In this document: positions 25,276 to 37,298 of the stretch, piece after piece
How the letters are laid out: each line of letters begins with the position of its first letter
Position numbering within the stretch: position 1 is the stretch's first letter
NCBI GenBank assembly: GCA_965112735.1
Contig: OZ218965.1
Span: 1,240,001 to 1,304,000 of the forward strand
Length of the DNA stretch: 64,000 nt
Reading direction: 5' to 3'
Source of the DNA: Phaeosaccion multiseriatum
Lineage: Eukaryota; Protista; Ochrophyta, other classes
Notes under the pieces: model-generated
The model's input: the letters and a program-made list of their open reading frames with translations, nothing else
Told to the model about the DNA's origin: nothing
Database searches by the model: none
Program-made: the position numbers and the translations under genes

Positions 25276-26664
25276 AGCCCAAGGGGGGAGGCGAGAGCAA
25301 CGGTGGAACGTTCTGTCCTGTGATGCTATGGAGCAAGTCGTGCAAAAACTCACACTCACACTCACACTCACACTCACTCTCACTCACGCGATGATGGATT
25401 GAGGATTAGAGTACAGTGTAACGGTATTATAGACGGTATTTAGACGGTATTGTGAGAGGAGGGGGGCGATATGGGCGATGTGGGCGTGGTAGGCATAATC
25501 GGGCAACGGGTAACCGGTGCTTACACGGGCCGAGACCGCCCGGATAGAGGTCGGGAGGGGGAGGGGGGAGGGTAAGGTGTGCAAGGGTGTGCAGAAGGAG
25601 GCGAAGAGAGAGGCCAGAGGAGGGTCGCAGAGGGTGAAGAGAGAGAGAGAGAGAGGGAGAGAGAGAGAGAGGGTTGTCTGCTTGGCCATCGGACTGACAA
25701 GGAGAGGAGAGCAGAGAGCCTAGAACCAAGAAGAATACATCCGTACCCAACAATCGAAACCTTGCTAGGAAGGCACCATGCTGACCCTGCCCCCCTCCCC
25801 TCGAGGGCTCCTCTCGAGCCCTTTCCCTCCTTGATTGGGTCTCAAGAGTGGGCATCTCGATTGGATCCTGTTTCACTTATGTTTCATTATATCAGCCGTC
25901 TCCTGCCCGCCCGGGTGGTGCCCGGCCGAGGTCGACTGCTTCGCAAAAAGCCCACCCACCGTGCGCTGCCAAAGCCGCGCCGATCTAAAGGGAGGCAGTA
26001 AGTCAGTGAGACAGAAACATGCCCTTCAGGGCCTTCGGGGGGGAAAGGTTCTCCAAGAAACTCTCTCCCCGGGGTGTGCCCTTCCACTGCCATCCCTTTA
26101 TGTTTGCCTACCCTTCCACTGCCATCCCTGTATGTTGCCTACCCCTTCCACTGCCATCCCAGATTCGGGCTGCACTGTTTGGGGCGGCACTGAAGCGTTA
26201 GCCCAAGGGCTTCGCTGCTGTCCGCTCCTCCCCACTCGCACCCCTCCTCCTTTGGCTGCTGTATCACCAACTGCTGCTGCAGCCCCTACTGCCATGCTTT
26301 GCCCCAAGGACTTGGGGATGCAGCACCCAGCAGCAGCAGCCGCAGGTGATGGTAAGCGGCAGTTGGTGGTACAGGAGCAGCAGCAGCATTTGGTGGAGCA
26401 CCACCGGTGTGGACCCCGCAGTCTCTCTCTTATCGACAGATTGAGGGTTGAGTGTAGGTTCTCTCTCTCTCTCTCTCTCTTTTTCTTTCTCTCTCTCTCT
26501 CTCTTCGCTCCCTCTCGCTCTCTCGCTCTCTCGTTCTCTCTCTCCCTCTCCTTCACTCTCTCTCTCATCTCTCTCTCTCTCTTTCTCTCTCTCGTTCTCT
26601 CTCTCTCTCCATCAGCAACGCCTTATTGCGTCCTGTGCACCGCCCGAAGCACCGCACAGAGAGG

Positions 26665-26856
26665 CCCTGGCACCATCTGACACCACCTGACACCACCTGA
26701 CACCACCTGGCACCACCTGACACCGCCTGGCACCATCTGACACCACCCTGACACCACCTGACACCGCCTGGCACCATCTGACACCACCTGGCACCACCCT
26801 GACAAATACAAAGCTGCACAGAGAGGCACTGGCACCACCCTGGCACCACCCTGGCC
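26665..26856. repeat. 10-bp tandem repeat (CTG(A/G)CACCAC)n
   Basis: Direct reading of the sequence; intergenic/3' region between SNF1 and the ankyrin gene. Confidence 0.85.
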
Positions 26857-27102
26857 AATACACTACAATGCTGTTGGTAGTGCTCGCTCTCACCCGAGGC
26901 TGCTACTACTCCTCCTGCTGCTGTATCACCAACAGCTGCTGCTGCTGCTGCCACTCTGGACCATTGAGCCACGCAGGTCGAAATCGCCGAATGAATGTCG
27001 ATGTCCTGCGTGCGGCCTTCGCTCTCCGCTCTGCTCCTCCTCATATGGTGCCATCCGCCCCCCCCCCCCCTCCCCGCCTCCTCCCCCTGCTCATTTTCAT
27101 CG

Positions 27103-29336
27103 TCAGGCCCGAGGGGCTACGGCATCGCTCTCTGGGCGATCCCGTGCCGATCCGTCCGCTCCCCCTCCGATCGTATCACTATTTGGTGCCGATGACTCGT
27201 TTACGGCGTCTTCCTGAGCTGGCCCCTGCCCCTCGCACTGCTGCTGTATGACCAACTGCTCTTGCTGTTGGTGGTGCACCCTCCACGCCCTGTCCCGGAG
27301 CATGACGAGCAGCCCCCGCCTCTTCCACGCTGAGCAGTTGGTGATACAGGTAGAGAGGGGTGTGTTGGTTAGTCGCACCCACTCACCCTCCCCATATATA
27401 TATATATACGCCTCAACTCTCACCCGCTTCTCTCTTTCTGCGCATCCTCCTGACGGGTGCATTGATGAGCTGCGTACATATCCCCTCGTGCCCCTTTAGT
27501 TCGGCCAGCAAATGGGCGTTATAGAGGCCGTCGGCAGTCATGGTGTCTAGCTTCGCACCTCCGTCTAAGAGGAGTCGAACCACACCCTCGTGTCCACTCC
27601 GAGCTGCCAACTGTGACGCACGAGAGAGAGAGGATGGGGGGGGGGGGGAGATGAGAGAGAGGGAGAGAGGGAGGATGAGAGAGAGAGAGGGAGAGAGAGA
27701 GGAAGAGGGAGAGAAAAGGAGAGAGAGAGAGGAAGAGGGAGAGAGAGAGAGAGGGAGAAAGAGAGCGAGAGAGGGAGAGAGAGAGACAGGTAGACAAGTA
27801 GCGGAGATACAGAGAGAAGACACCCGCCACGACAGCGACAGGGGGGTGACGGAACGAACAAGGTGGGCATTGCTTGCTTTGTTTACATGTATGCGGAGAT
27901 TACACAGACTTCAGGGTATTCACCACACAGGGTGGGAGGAGAGGGGAGAGGGAGGGAGGGAGGGGGAGGGAGTGAGGGATGGAAGAAGGGAGGGAGAGGA
28001 GGAAGGGAGGAAGAGTGGGAGGGATGGAAGGAGGGATGGGATGGGGGGAGAGAAGTGAGACAATTGGTGATTCGCCTGCGCACCATGAGGGCCGAGTAGC
28101 CGCTGGTGTTGACGGTGTCGAGCGATGTGCCTGCCCCCGCCTTTAGCAGCTCCTTCACGAGCGTCTCTTCTCCGTTGTCCGAGCTAATCATCAGACTGGT
28201 GACACGTTCAGTGGCACATGGGGTGGTGGGTGGGGAGAGTCACGGGCATTGGTCACAACTCTCTCTCTCTCTCTCACTCTCTCTTTCACTCTCTCTCTCT
28301 CACTCTCTTTCACTCTCTCTCTCTCACACACACTCTCTCTCTCTCTCTCTCAGGGTCACAGGCATTGGTCCGAACTCTCTCTCTCTCTCTCTCTTCCCTC
28401 TATGGCGCCAGTCACGCACACCCTGTCGATGGGTACTGTGCCTTCGTTCTCCGCTACCCCGCCTCGCGAAGCCATGTAAGCTTCGGTACTCGCATCGGGC
28501 CCCGGTCTGCCTCCCTAGCCAACCACCACACACATACGAAATTCTGAGGTTGATTCCTACAGGGAAAAAAAGTGAAAAGATTCCCTAGCCAACTAGCACT
28601 ACAAGTGAAAAGATTGCCTAGCCAACTAGCACTACAAGTCAAAAGATTCCCTAGCCAACTGGCACTCACCAAGTCCACCCCTCACTGTCGGCCCAGCCCA
28701 GCTCTGCAGGGGAGAGGGGTGGACCGTTGAGTACTGTCTGTACCGTCGCTAAGTCCCCCTCCTTCACGGCCTTAAAGAGCTGCCGACACTTCAGAGACGC
28801 CACCTTGCGTAGCTATACCATCCCATCCGGGGGGGGGGGCAGGAGGAGGAGGGGGGGGGGTGTGGGGTGGAGGGAGGGAGGTTGTAGGGGTCAAGGCGAT
28901 GAGGAGGAGGGAGCTTGTGCGAATAATCACGAGGAGGAGGGGGATACGGGATGCAAGAGGGAGGGAGGGAAGAGTAAAGACGAGGAGAGAGAGGTTTTGC
29001 AAGAAAAAGAGGGCAGAGAGACGGGGAAGTTGTGGGGGTAACAGGTGTTGCAAATAAAGAGGGTGGAGAGAGTGACGCCGTGGGGGCAAGGATGAGGAGG
29101 AGGGGGGTATTGCAAGGTCATCGGCACAGAGGAAGGGAAGGGAGAGGTTGCGAGCGTAGAGAGAATAATTCCGAAGAGAAACGGCGGAAAAGGTGTTCCC
29201 TCACCATCGACGTCGTGCATCCGCATCCCGCATGGTGGTGGTGGTGGTGGTGGTGGTGGTGGTCATGGTCCTGCGCGAGAAACTCGTGGATGTAGTTGTC
29301 GTGCGTCGCCGGCGTCTGGTGCCGTACGAATCGCAT
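27103..29336 (-). CDS. Ankyrin-repeat protein with N-terminal poly-His
   Basis: Exons 29336-29205 (MRFVRHQ...HHHHHHHHHHAGCGCTTSM), ~28813-28670 (LFKAVKEGDLATVQTVL...DSEGWT), ~28195-28085 (LMISSDNGEETLVKELLKAGA...GYSALM), ~27610-27424 (LAARSGHEGVVRLLLDGGA) and ~27329-27103 (AWKRRGLLVMLR...). The 3' end is uncertain. Confidence 0.8.
28573..28668. repeat. 33-bp tandem repeat x3 in intron
   Basis: AAAAGATT(C/G)CCTAGCCAACTAGCACTACAAGT repeated three times next to the donor site. Confidence 0.85.
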
Positions 29337-29754
29337 GCTCGCTGTCTCCTCTCCCAACCCCACCTCGTCCCTCCTTTTTATCGGCCGCTTATCCCTCCCC
29401 CTCCTCCCACCAGTCCCCAATATCTATCACACTCCTCCTACAATCGATGTTTACTCTACCATAGGCTAAGTTTCTTTCCCCGACAGTGCTTGCTCAAGAG
29501 CGTCTTTCTAACTTTTGATGCTGACCTGGCCCCAATCAACGGCGCGCAGTTTGCCTGGGTCCATTTTCTTTGGCGCGTTCTAGCTAGAAGCGTATGGGTT
29601 CCGGCCAGACACCCAAACTCTAAAAAATTCCAATTTCCTCCTTCTTCCCCTCTTCGCCCTTTTTCCCTTTTCCCTTTTCCCCCAGCAGCAAGGGTACTCA
29701 AAACAAACAAGGAAGCTTGATTACTGTAAGTACCTTTGAAAGCAGTACCTACTC

Positions 29755-30747
29755 ATGGGTGGTGCCAGTGCGGCTGCTTCAGCTGCTCTCGGCCCCGTTG
29801 CCCTTGCCGTAAGTGAGGGGAGCGATGCTCAGACCCTCGAAGCTTGTGAACAGGCCCTGGCTCAGGCTGTATTGCTCTGTAGCGTGATGGAGTGGACTGG
29901 TGGGGGCCACGACTTGTTCGTAGCGGCGGTGAGCAAGGAGTGGAAGGAGCACTACAGACGTCTTCATTGGGCCAAGACAACCCGGGTCAGGAGTGTGGTT
30001 GAGTCTGTGGAGCGTTTGAGGTGGGCCAGGAAGTACGGGTATGAGCTGAGTGTGAAGACTTTTGAGGCTGCGGCACAGTACGGAGATGTGCGTATTTGCA
30101 AGGCTCTTCACAGCATGGGGTGTGCCTGGGGTTGGACCGTATCCAAGGTTACGGTGCGGAATGAAAGGCACGGACTGAGCATCCTCCAATGGCTGCGAGT
30201 GGAGGACCTGCCAAACAAGAAGTTTCGCCCGTGGGATCAGCTCCGTCTTTGTTGCGAAGCTGGCGAGTGCGGGAATTTGGAAGTTCTTACGTGGCTGCTG
30301 TCCGACGAGTTTGAGGGCCCTCCTCAATCTATTATGTGGATGGCGGCTGTAAAGGCGGGGCACTTCAGCGTGTTGGACACGATTGTGCACCATCCCAAGG
30401 TCAGAGCTGAGATGGAGATGACAAAGAACTACAACTGGTGGAGGGATGGGGCTAAATGGGCGGCCGCGGAAGGCAATCTGGAAGTGCTGCAGTGGCTCCA
30501 TGCAAACGCACGGGAGCTGTGCAGGTGGAATGCAGATGTCTGCTATTTGGCAGTCCAGAAGGGCAAGAGTCTCGCTATCCTCAAGTGGCTCCGCTCGGAG
30601 GAGGTCATGTGTCCCTGGGACAGCAGGGCATGCCCACAGGTCGTGGAAAACACACAAGGTCCTGAATGGGGTATCCCCCCTGCCGCCCTTGAGGAGATGA
30701 AGCAGTGGGTGCACGCCAATGGTCACCCCTGCGAGTGCGAGGACTGA
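29755..30747 (+). CDS. F-box-like + ankyrin-like repeat protein, subfamily A copy 1 (intronless)
   Basis: 330-aa ORF with LFVAAVSKEWK (F-box-like end), repeats AA..G.L.VL.WL....cpWd and C-terminal HPCECED. Confidence 0.85.
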   Translation: MGGASAAASAALGPVALAVSEGSDAQTLEACEQALAQAVLLCSVMEWTGGGHDLFVAAVSKEWKEHYRRLHWAKTTRVRSVVESVERLRWARKYGYELSVKTFEAAAQYGDVRICKALHSMGCAWGWTVSKVTVRNERHGLSILQWLRVEDLPNKKFRPWDQLRLCCEAGECGNLEVLTWLLSDEFEGPPQSIMWMAAVKAGHFSVLDTIVHHPKVRAEMEMTKNYNWWRDGAKWAAAEGNLEVLQWLHANARELCRWNADVCYLAVQKGKSLAILKWLRSEEVMCPWDSRACPQVVENTQGPEWGIPPAALEEMKQWVHANGHPCECED

Positions 30748-31874
30748 GTGACCAGGGCATACAGCGTGGCCCCTCCTGCGTCGAGCACCGTCTTGTTTTG
30801 TTTCGCACACGGTGCCATAGAAAGGGGCTTCACTTCAGCCCCTCTCTCTTTGTAAGAAGTGTGCTTCTTCTTCCAGCCGAATCAGTGCATACCGTAGCAT
30901 AACGAATGTATAGATACATACGTCGACTTTGGGCCTAGCACCGGCTTCCTTTCTCCGAAACTCTGAGAAGAGCCTCACACGCCTCTCGCCGCGTAACGGC
31001 AGTACTTGCACTGATATCAGCCAATGGCTTTGGATCGCCCTCTCCTCCTCCTCCTCCTCCCCTCCCTTACTGCGTTGCTTTCCTCAACCCCCCGCGGAGA
31101 GCGCCAAGCAGGAAGTCTATTGTGTGAGCTCTTCATTGCCTGAACCCTGATCACGCATGCCCCCACCAGTCCTGGCCCATTCCGCTTGCCTCGCTGCTCT
31201 GCACGGGCGGGTGGGCGCCTTCCCCAAAGCCAGGGCCGCAATGCTCTGCCCTGCTCCACTCCCAAACGCTCTGGAGGAGCGCATGCAATAGCAATAGTGG
31301 GGCAGCACCACCACTCACACTCACAGTAGAAGGAACACCTCAACTCCACTCTGCAAAAACAACACCCCTATCATACAGACTGCCTTCCCCTTCTGTCCCC
31401 CCTCCGTCTCAGTCTCATCCTGGACCTCATTCCTCTTCCTCTCCGCCTCCTCCTTCCCCCTCCTGTCCAACTTCATCTCCTCTGCGGCTTCGCTCAGCGG
31501 CCCCGCCCGCGCTGCCCCCATCTGACGTGTGTACCCCGTGCTTGCATCATCCCTGAAGCACCACCGTCTTGCTCGAGTGGAGCAGCCAAAGGGGGCTGGG
31601 TCGGTCTGGGTGACGGGGTGTGGGGTCGGGGCAAGAGGGGGCAGGCAGAGGCGGGGAAAGGGGCAGTGAAGAGGATCAGAGAACAGATAGCAGCAGGAGG
31701 AGCTGCAGACAGGCATTCGGTAACCTCAAAAGCACCGCCAAGCCAGAGAGCACTCCCATCCGCCCCGCTCACCTCGACTTGTTGCCCCCCCTATTCGAAG
31801 AGGCTGTCGCCGCCTTCTCAGGGCCGCCTCCCTTCCTACCCGTCCTGCCTCCGTCTTGAAACGCTTCCTGCCAG

Positions 31875-32897
31875 TCAGTCCTCGCAGTCGCAGGGGTGAC
31901 CATTGTCGTGCACCCACTGCTTCATCTCCTCAAAGGCGGCAGGGGACATATCCAAGTCATCACCATCTGCGTCTTTCCAGAACTGTGGGCATGCCAACTC
32001 GTCCCAGGGACACATGACCTCCTCCGAGCGGAGCCACTTCAGGACAGAGAGGCTCTTACCGCTACAAACTGCTTCACCACAGACATCTTCATCCCACGTG
32101 CACAGCTCCCGTGCGTTTGCATGCAGCCACTGCAGCACTTCCACATTGCCTTCCGCGGCCGCCCTGAGAGCCCCATTCCTCCACACGCTGTCCCCCTCAG
32201 CCGCCTCCATCTCAGCTCTGACCTTGGGATGGTGCACAAGCATGTCCAACGCGCGAATGCGCCCCCCGTCTACAGCCCCCGACCACATACCAGGTAGAGG
32301 GCCCTCAAACTCGTCGGACAGCAGCCACGTAAGAACCTCCACATTGCCGCACTCGCCAGCTGAGTACCCGACGGTATCCTGTGACCAAGGACCTTGCTCC
32401 TTGTTGGGGAGATCCTCGGATCGCAGCCACTTGAGAATACGCAGTCCATGCCTAGCATTCCTCACAGCCGCCCTACAGGCCATTGTATCCCAGGGGCAGT
32501 GCATGCGGTGAAGCAGCTCCTCGCACACGCTCACATCTCCGTACTCTGCCGCCGCTCTGAAAGTGTCCACACTCAGCTCGTACCCACATTTCTCCTTGGC
32601 CCACCGCAAGCACCTGACAGACTCCACCACGCTTGGAAGGGAAGTCTCGGCTGAAGGGTGGGCCACGCTGTAGTGCTCTTTCCATTTCTTACATACGGTG
32701 GCGGTGAAGACGTGGCGGCCCTTCCCCACAAGGGCCACGATTCTCTGCAGGACCTCCTCCATTCCCAGGGCCTTGGCACTGGCCACGTACGTCTCCTGCA
32801 CAGCACCTTCTCCCTCGGCAGTCTCCGCGGTATAACTTGTCACACCTTCCTCCGTGCCCAGGCGCTGCCTCTTGGAGGCATCCTCTGCCTCTGCCAT
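31875..32897 (-). CDS. F-box-like + ankyrin-like repeat protein, subfamily B copy 1 (intronless)
   Basis: First ATG at 32897 (MAEAEDASKRQRL); LGMEEVLQRIVALVGKGRHVFTATVCKKWK; same repeat type; ends HPCDCED. Confidence 0.85.
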   Translation of the reverse strand: MAEAEDASKRQRLGTEEGVTSYTAETAEGEGAVQETYVASAKALGMEEVLQRIVALVGKGRHVFTATVCKKWKEHYSVAHPSAETSLPSVVESVRCLRWAKEKCGYELSVDTFRAAAEYGDVSVCEELLHRMHCPWDTMACRAAVRNARHGLRILKWLRSEDLPNKEQGPWSQDTVGYSAGECGNVEVLTWLLSDEFEGPLPGMWSGAVDGGRIRALDMLVHHPKVRAEMEAAEGDSVWRNGALRAAAEGNVEVLQWLHANARELCTWDEDVCGEAVCSGKSLSVLKWLRSEEVMCPWDELACPQFWKDADGDDLDMSPAAFEEMKQWVHDNGHPCDCED

Positions 32898-33484
32898 GGC
32901 GTGTGTGTTGCCCACTTCGCCAGAGTATCTGCAGCGCTTCAAAGAAATGACTAATGGCCCCACCTTCTCTGTGCTATCACGCAGCAATGGCGGCCTTGTT
33001 TGCGCCGGCCCCGCGCTCCGTCTCTTCGGGTCGTGTGGCGACTACAGAGCTCGACTACCAGGCCGACGCTGAACGACCAACTTGCCTTGTATCCCTCTCA
33101 ACTCACTCTCCACGCACCACCTCCGTTCCTCTTCGACCAAGCAGCAGGTAGGAGTGCGGCGCTGAAGAGTGCAGGCTGGAGGAGGCTTAGAGCAGCCAAG
33201 GGCCTGCTGGGAGATGGTGATGGAGTCCATCGAAGTCAACTTGCCCTCCACACTCTTCGGCTCTTCGGGGGGGGGGGGGGGGGTCTCGGCAAAGGCCCAA
33301 CAGCAGGGGAGGTACCGATACCGCCTTTTACTCACACTGCGTGTCATTTCCGTCCTGTCTTTCCCCCTCCCCCTTCCCTTCTCTCGTCGTACCAGGCTTC
33401 GCTGAGGAAAGCTAAAAGGCTTCTTCCCCCCCATCACCTGCCCCACACCGCACATCATACGTGCCAACCAGTCATCCAGAAGAC

Positions 33485-34576
33485 ATGGACGGACCGAGCC
33501 GAAAGCATGGCGGCAAAAGGCTCCAGCCAGCTCCACCCACCGACTCCTCGGCAGGGGAAGTATGTCTGACTTTGCATGGAGGCGGTGGTGCCGGTGCCGC
33601 TTTACTACCTACTCCCGGCCCCGCCGACCTTGCTGGAGGCGAGGGAAGCGATGCTCAGACCTTCGAAGCTTGTGAAGAGGCTCTGGCCCAGGCTGTATTG
33701 CTCAGTAGCGTGATGGAGTGGACTGGTGGGGGCCACGACTTGTTCGTAGCGGCGGTGAGCAAGGAGTGGAAGGAGCACTACAGACGTCTTCATCCGGCCA
33801 AGACAACCCGGATCAGGAGTGTGGTTGAGTCTGAGGAGCGTTTGAGGTGGGCCAGGAAGTACGGGTATGAGCTGAGTGTGAAGACTTTTGGGGCTGCGGC
33901 ACAGTACGGAGACTTGCGTATTTGCAAGGCTCTTCACAGCATGGGGTGTGCCTGGGGTTGGGCCGTATGCAAGGTTACGGTGCGGAATGAAAAGCACGCA
34001 CTGAGCATCCTCCAATGGCTGCGAGCGGAGGACCTGCCCAACAAGGAGCGGTGCCCGTGGGAGCAGCACTTCATTTGTGGCGAAGCTGGCAAGTGCGGCC
34101 ATGTGGAGGTTCTTACGTGGCTGCTGTCCGACGAGTTTGAGGGCCCTCCTCAATTTGATATGTGGGTGGGGGCTGTGCAGGCGGGGCGCATTCGCGTGCT
34201 GGACATGCTTGTGCACCATCCCAAGGTCAGAGCTGAGATGGAGGCGGCTGAGGGGGACAGCGAGTGGAGGTGGGGGGCTCTCTGGGCGGCCCAGGAAGGC
34301 AATCTGGAAATGCTGCAGTGGCTGCATGCAAACGCACGGGAGCTGTGCAGGTGGGATGAAGATGTCACTACTGCAGCAGTTTATAGCGGTGAGAGCCTCT
34401 CTGTCCTGAAGTGGCTCCGCTCGGAGGAGGTCATGTGTCCCTGGGACAGAAGGGCATGCCCAAAAGTCGTGAAAAACCAATTTGGTCAATATGGATGGGA
34501 TATGGCCCCTGCCGCCTTTGAGGAGATGAAGCAGTGGGTACACGACAATGGTCACCCCTGCGAGTGCGAGGACTGA
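33485..34576 (+). CDS. F-box-like + ankyrin-like repeat protein, subfamily A copy 2
   Basis: ATG at 33485 (MDGPSRKHGGKRL); intact paralog of A1. Confidence 0.87.
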   Translation: MDGPSRKHGGKRLQPAPPTDSSAGEVCLTLHGGGGAGAALLPTPGPADLAGGEGSDAQTFEACEEALAQAVLLSSVMEWTGGGHDLFVAAVSKEWKEHYRRLHPAKTTRIRSVVESEERLRWARKYGYELSVKTFGAAAQYGDLRICKALHSMGCAWGWAVCKVTVRNEKHALSILQWLRAEDLPNKERCPWEQHFICGEAGKCGHVEVLTWLLSDEFEGPPQFDMWVGAVQAGRIRVLDMLVHHPKVRAEMEAAEGDSEWRWGALWAAQEGNLEMLQWLHANARELCRWDEDVTTAAVYSGESLSVLKWLRSEEVMCPWDRRACPKVVKNQFGQYGWDMAPAAFEEMKQWVHDNGHPCECED

Positions 34577-35662
34577 GTGACCACGGCAGACAGCGCGGCC
34601 CCTCCTGCGTCAAGCATCGTCTTGTTTCGCACACGGTGCCATAGAAAGGGGCTTCACTTCAGCCCCTCTCTCTTTGTTACTAGTGTGTTTCTTCTTCCAG
34701 CCGAATCAATGGATACCATAAAGCTTAACACGTACGTATAATATATAGACAGTTTGACTTGGCCCTTTCCCTCTGCGAAGCCTTTGGTCGAGCAGTGCCA
34801 CGCACCCCTCTCCAATGACATATTTGAAACGCCCTTCCCCTTTCTCATCTTCTACTGCTGCCCTTATTCAACCCCCCGCGGAGAGCGCCAAGCAGGAAGT
34901 CTATTGTGTGAGCTCTTCATTGCCTTAACCCTAATCACGCATGCCCCCACAAGGCCTGGCCCATTCCGCTTGCCTCGCTGCTCTGCACGGGCGGGTGGGC
35001 GCCTTCCCCAAAGCCAGGGCCGCAACGCTCTGCCCTGCTCCACTCCCAAACGCTCTGGAGGAGCGCATGCAATAGCAATAGTGGGGCAGCACCACCACTC
35101 ACACTCACAGTAGAAGGAACACCTCAACTAACTCCACTTTGCAAAAACAACACCCCTATCATACAGACTGCCTTCCCCTTCTGTCCCCCCTCCGTCTCAG
35201 TCTCATCCTGGACCTCATTCCTCTTCCTCTCCGCCTCCTCCTTCCCCCTCCTGTCCTTCTTCATCTCCTCTGCGGCTTCGCTCAGCTGCCCCGCCCGCGC
35301 TGCCCCCATCTGACGTGTGTACCCCGTGCTTGCATCATCCCTGAAGCACCACCGTCTTGCTCGAGTGGAGCAGCCAAAGGGGGCTGGGTCGGTCTGGGCG
35401 ACGGGCTGTGGGGTCGGGGCAAGAGGGGGCAGGCAGAGGCGGGGAAGGGGGCAGGGAAGAGGATCAGAGAACAGATAGCAGCAGAACAAGCAGCAGATGG
35501 GCATTCGGTAACCTCGAAAGCACCGCCAAGCCAGAGAGCACTCCCATCCGCCCCGCTCACCTCGACTTGTTGCCCCCCCTATTCGAAGAGGCTGTCGCCG
35601 CCTTCTCAGGGCCGCCTCCCTTCCTACCCGTCCTGCCTCCGTCTCGAAACGCTTCCTGCCAG

Positions 35663-36700
35663 TCAGTCCTCGCAGTCGCAGGGGTGACCATTGGCGTGCA
35701 CCCACTGCTTCATCTCCTCAAAGACGGCAGGGGGCATATCCCAGTCATCACCATATGCGTCTTTCCAGTACTGTTGGCATGCGCGCTCGTCCCAGGGACA
35801 CATGACCTCCTCCGAGCGGAGCCACTTCAGGACAGAGAGGCTCCCCCACTTTGTTGCTGCAGTAGTGACACCTTCATCCCACGTGCACAGCTCCCGTGCG
35901 TTTGCATGTAGCCACTGCAGCACTTCCAGATTGCCTTCCTGGGCCGCCCAGAGAGCCCCCCTCGTCCATCCCACAGCCGCCCCCATCTCAGCTACCTTCG
36001 GATGGTGCACAAGCATGTCCAACGCGCGAATGCACCCCCTCTTTACAGCCCCCTTCCACATATAATATTGAGGAGGGCCCTCAAACTCGTCGGACAGCAG
36101 CCACGTAAGAACCTCCACATTGCCGCACTCGCCAGCTGAGTACCCGACCCAATCCTGTGACCAAGGACCTTGCTCCTCGTTGGGGAGGTCCTCGGATCGC
36201 AGCCACTGGAGAAAACGCAGTCCATGCAGCCATTGGAGAATACGCTGTCCATGCCTAGCATTCCTCACAGCCGCCCTACAGGCCGTTGTATCCCAGGGGC
36301 AGTGCATGTGGTGAAGCAGCTCCTCGCACACGCTCACATCTCCGTACTCTGCCGCCGCTCTGAAAGTGTCCACACTCAGCTCGTACCCACATTTCTCCTT
36401 GGCCCACTGCAAGCACCTGACAGACTCCACCACGCTTGGAAGGGAAGTCTCGGCTGAAGGGTGGGCCACGCTGTAGTGCTCTTTCCATTCCCTACATACG
36501 GTGGCGGTGAAGACGTGGCGGCCCTTCCCCACAAGGGGCATGATTTTCTGCAGGACCTCCTCCATTCCCAGGGCCTTGGCACTGGCCACGTACGTCTCCT
36601 GCACAGCACCTTCTCCCTCGGCAGTCTCCGCGGTACAACTTGTCACACCTTCCTCCGTGCCCAGGCGCTGCCTCTTGGAGGCATCCTCTGCCTCTGCCAT
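35663..36700 (-). CDS. F-box-like + ankyrin-like repeat protein, subfamily B copy 2
   Basis: ATG at 36700; intact paralog of B1 with an in-frame 27-nt duplication and small in-frame deletions. Confidence 0.87.
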   Translation of the reverse strand: MAEAEDASKRQRLGTEEGVTSCTAETAEGEGAVQETYVASAKALGMEEVLQKIMPLVGKGRHVFTATVCREWKEHYSVAHPSAETSLPSVVESVRCLQWAKEKCGYELSVDTFRAAAEYGDVSVCEELLHHMHCPWDTTACRAAVRNARHGQRILQWLHGLRFLQWLRSEDLPNEEQGPWSQDWVGYSAGECGNVEVLTWLLSDEFEGPPQYYMWKGAVKRGCIRALDMLVHHPKVAEMGAAVGWTRGALWAAQEGNLEVLQWLHANARELCTWDEGVTTAATKWGSLSVLKWLRSEEVMCPWDERACQQYWKDAYGDDWDMPPAVFEEMKQWVHANGHPCDCED

Positions 36701-37298
36701 GGCGTGTGTGTTGCCCACTTCGCCAGAGTATCTGCAGCGCTTCAACGAAATGACTAATGGCCCCACCTTCTCTGTTCCATCATGCAGCAATGGCGGCCTT
36801 GTTTCCGCCGGCCCCGCGCTCCGTCTCTTCGGGTGGTGTGGCGACTACAGAGCTCGACTACCAGGCCGACTCTGAACGACCAACTTGCCTTGTATCCCTC
36901 TCAACTCACTCTCCACGCACCACCTCCGTTCCTCTTCGACCAAGCAGCAGGTAGGAGTGTGGCGCTGTAGAGTGCAGGCTGGAGGAGGCTTAGAGCAGTC
37001 GAGGCCGTGCTGGGAGATGGTGATCGAGTCCATCGAAGTCAACTTGCCCTCCACACTCTTCGGCTCTTCGGGGGGGGGGGGGTGTCTCGGCAAAGGCCCA
37101 ACAGCAGGGGAGGTACCGATGCCGCCTTTTCCTCACACTGCGTGTCATTTCCGTCCTGTCAATCCCCCTCCCCCTTCCCTTCTCTCGTCGTACCAGGCTT
37201 CGCTGAGGAAAGCTAAAGGGCTTCTTCCCCCCCATCACCTGCCCCGCACCGCGCATCATAAGTGTCAAGCAGTCATCTAGAGTGGGACCGCGGAAGAC

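Noticed and set aside
30727-30860. Possible selenocysteine read-through of TGA after CxCED in all seven array genes
   Set aside because: Downstream frames differ between A and B and are not conserved among A copies; no SECIS could be identified by eye.
31321-31917. Recurrent minus-strand ORFs in the A-B spacer (…SEAAEEMK…KEEAERKRNE…) as a third gene
   Set aside because: The frame is broken differently among copies and there is no recognisable domain; recurrence is explained by the duplication. Not excluded without RNA data.
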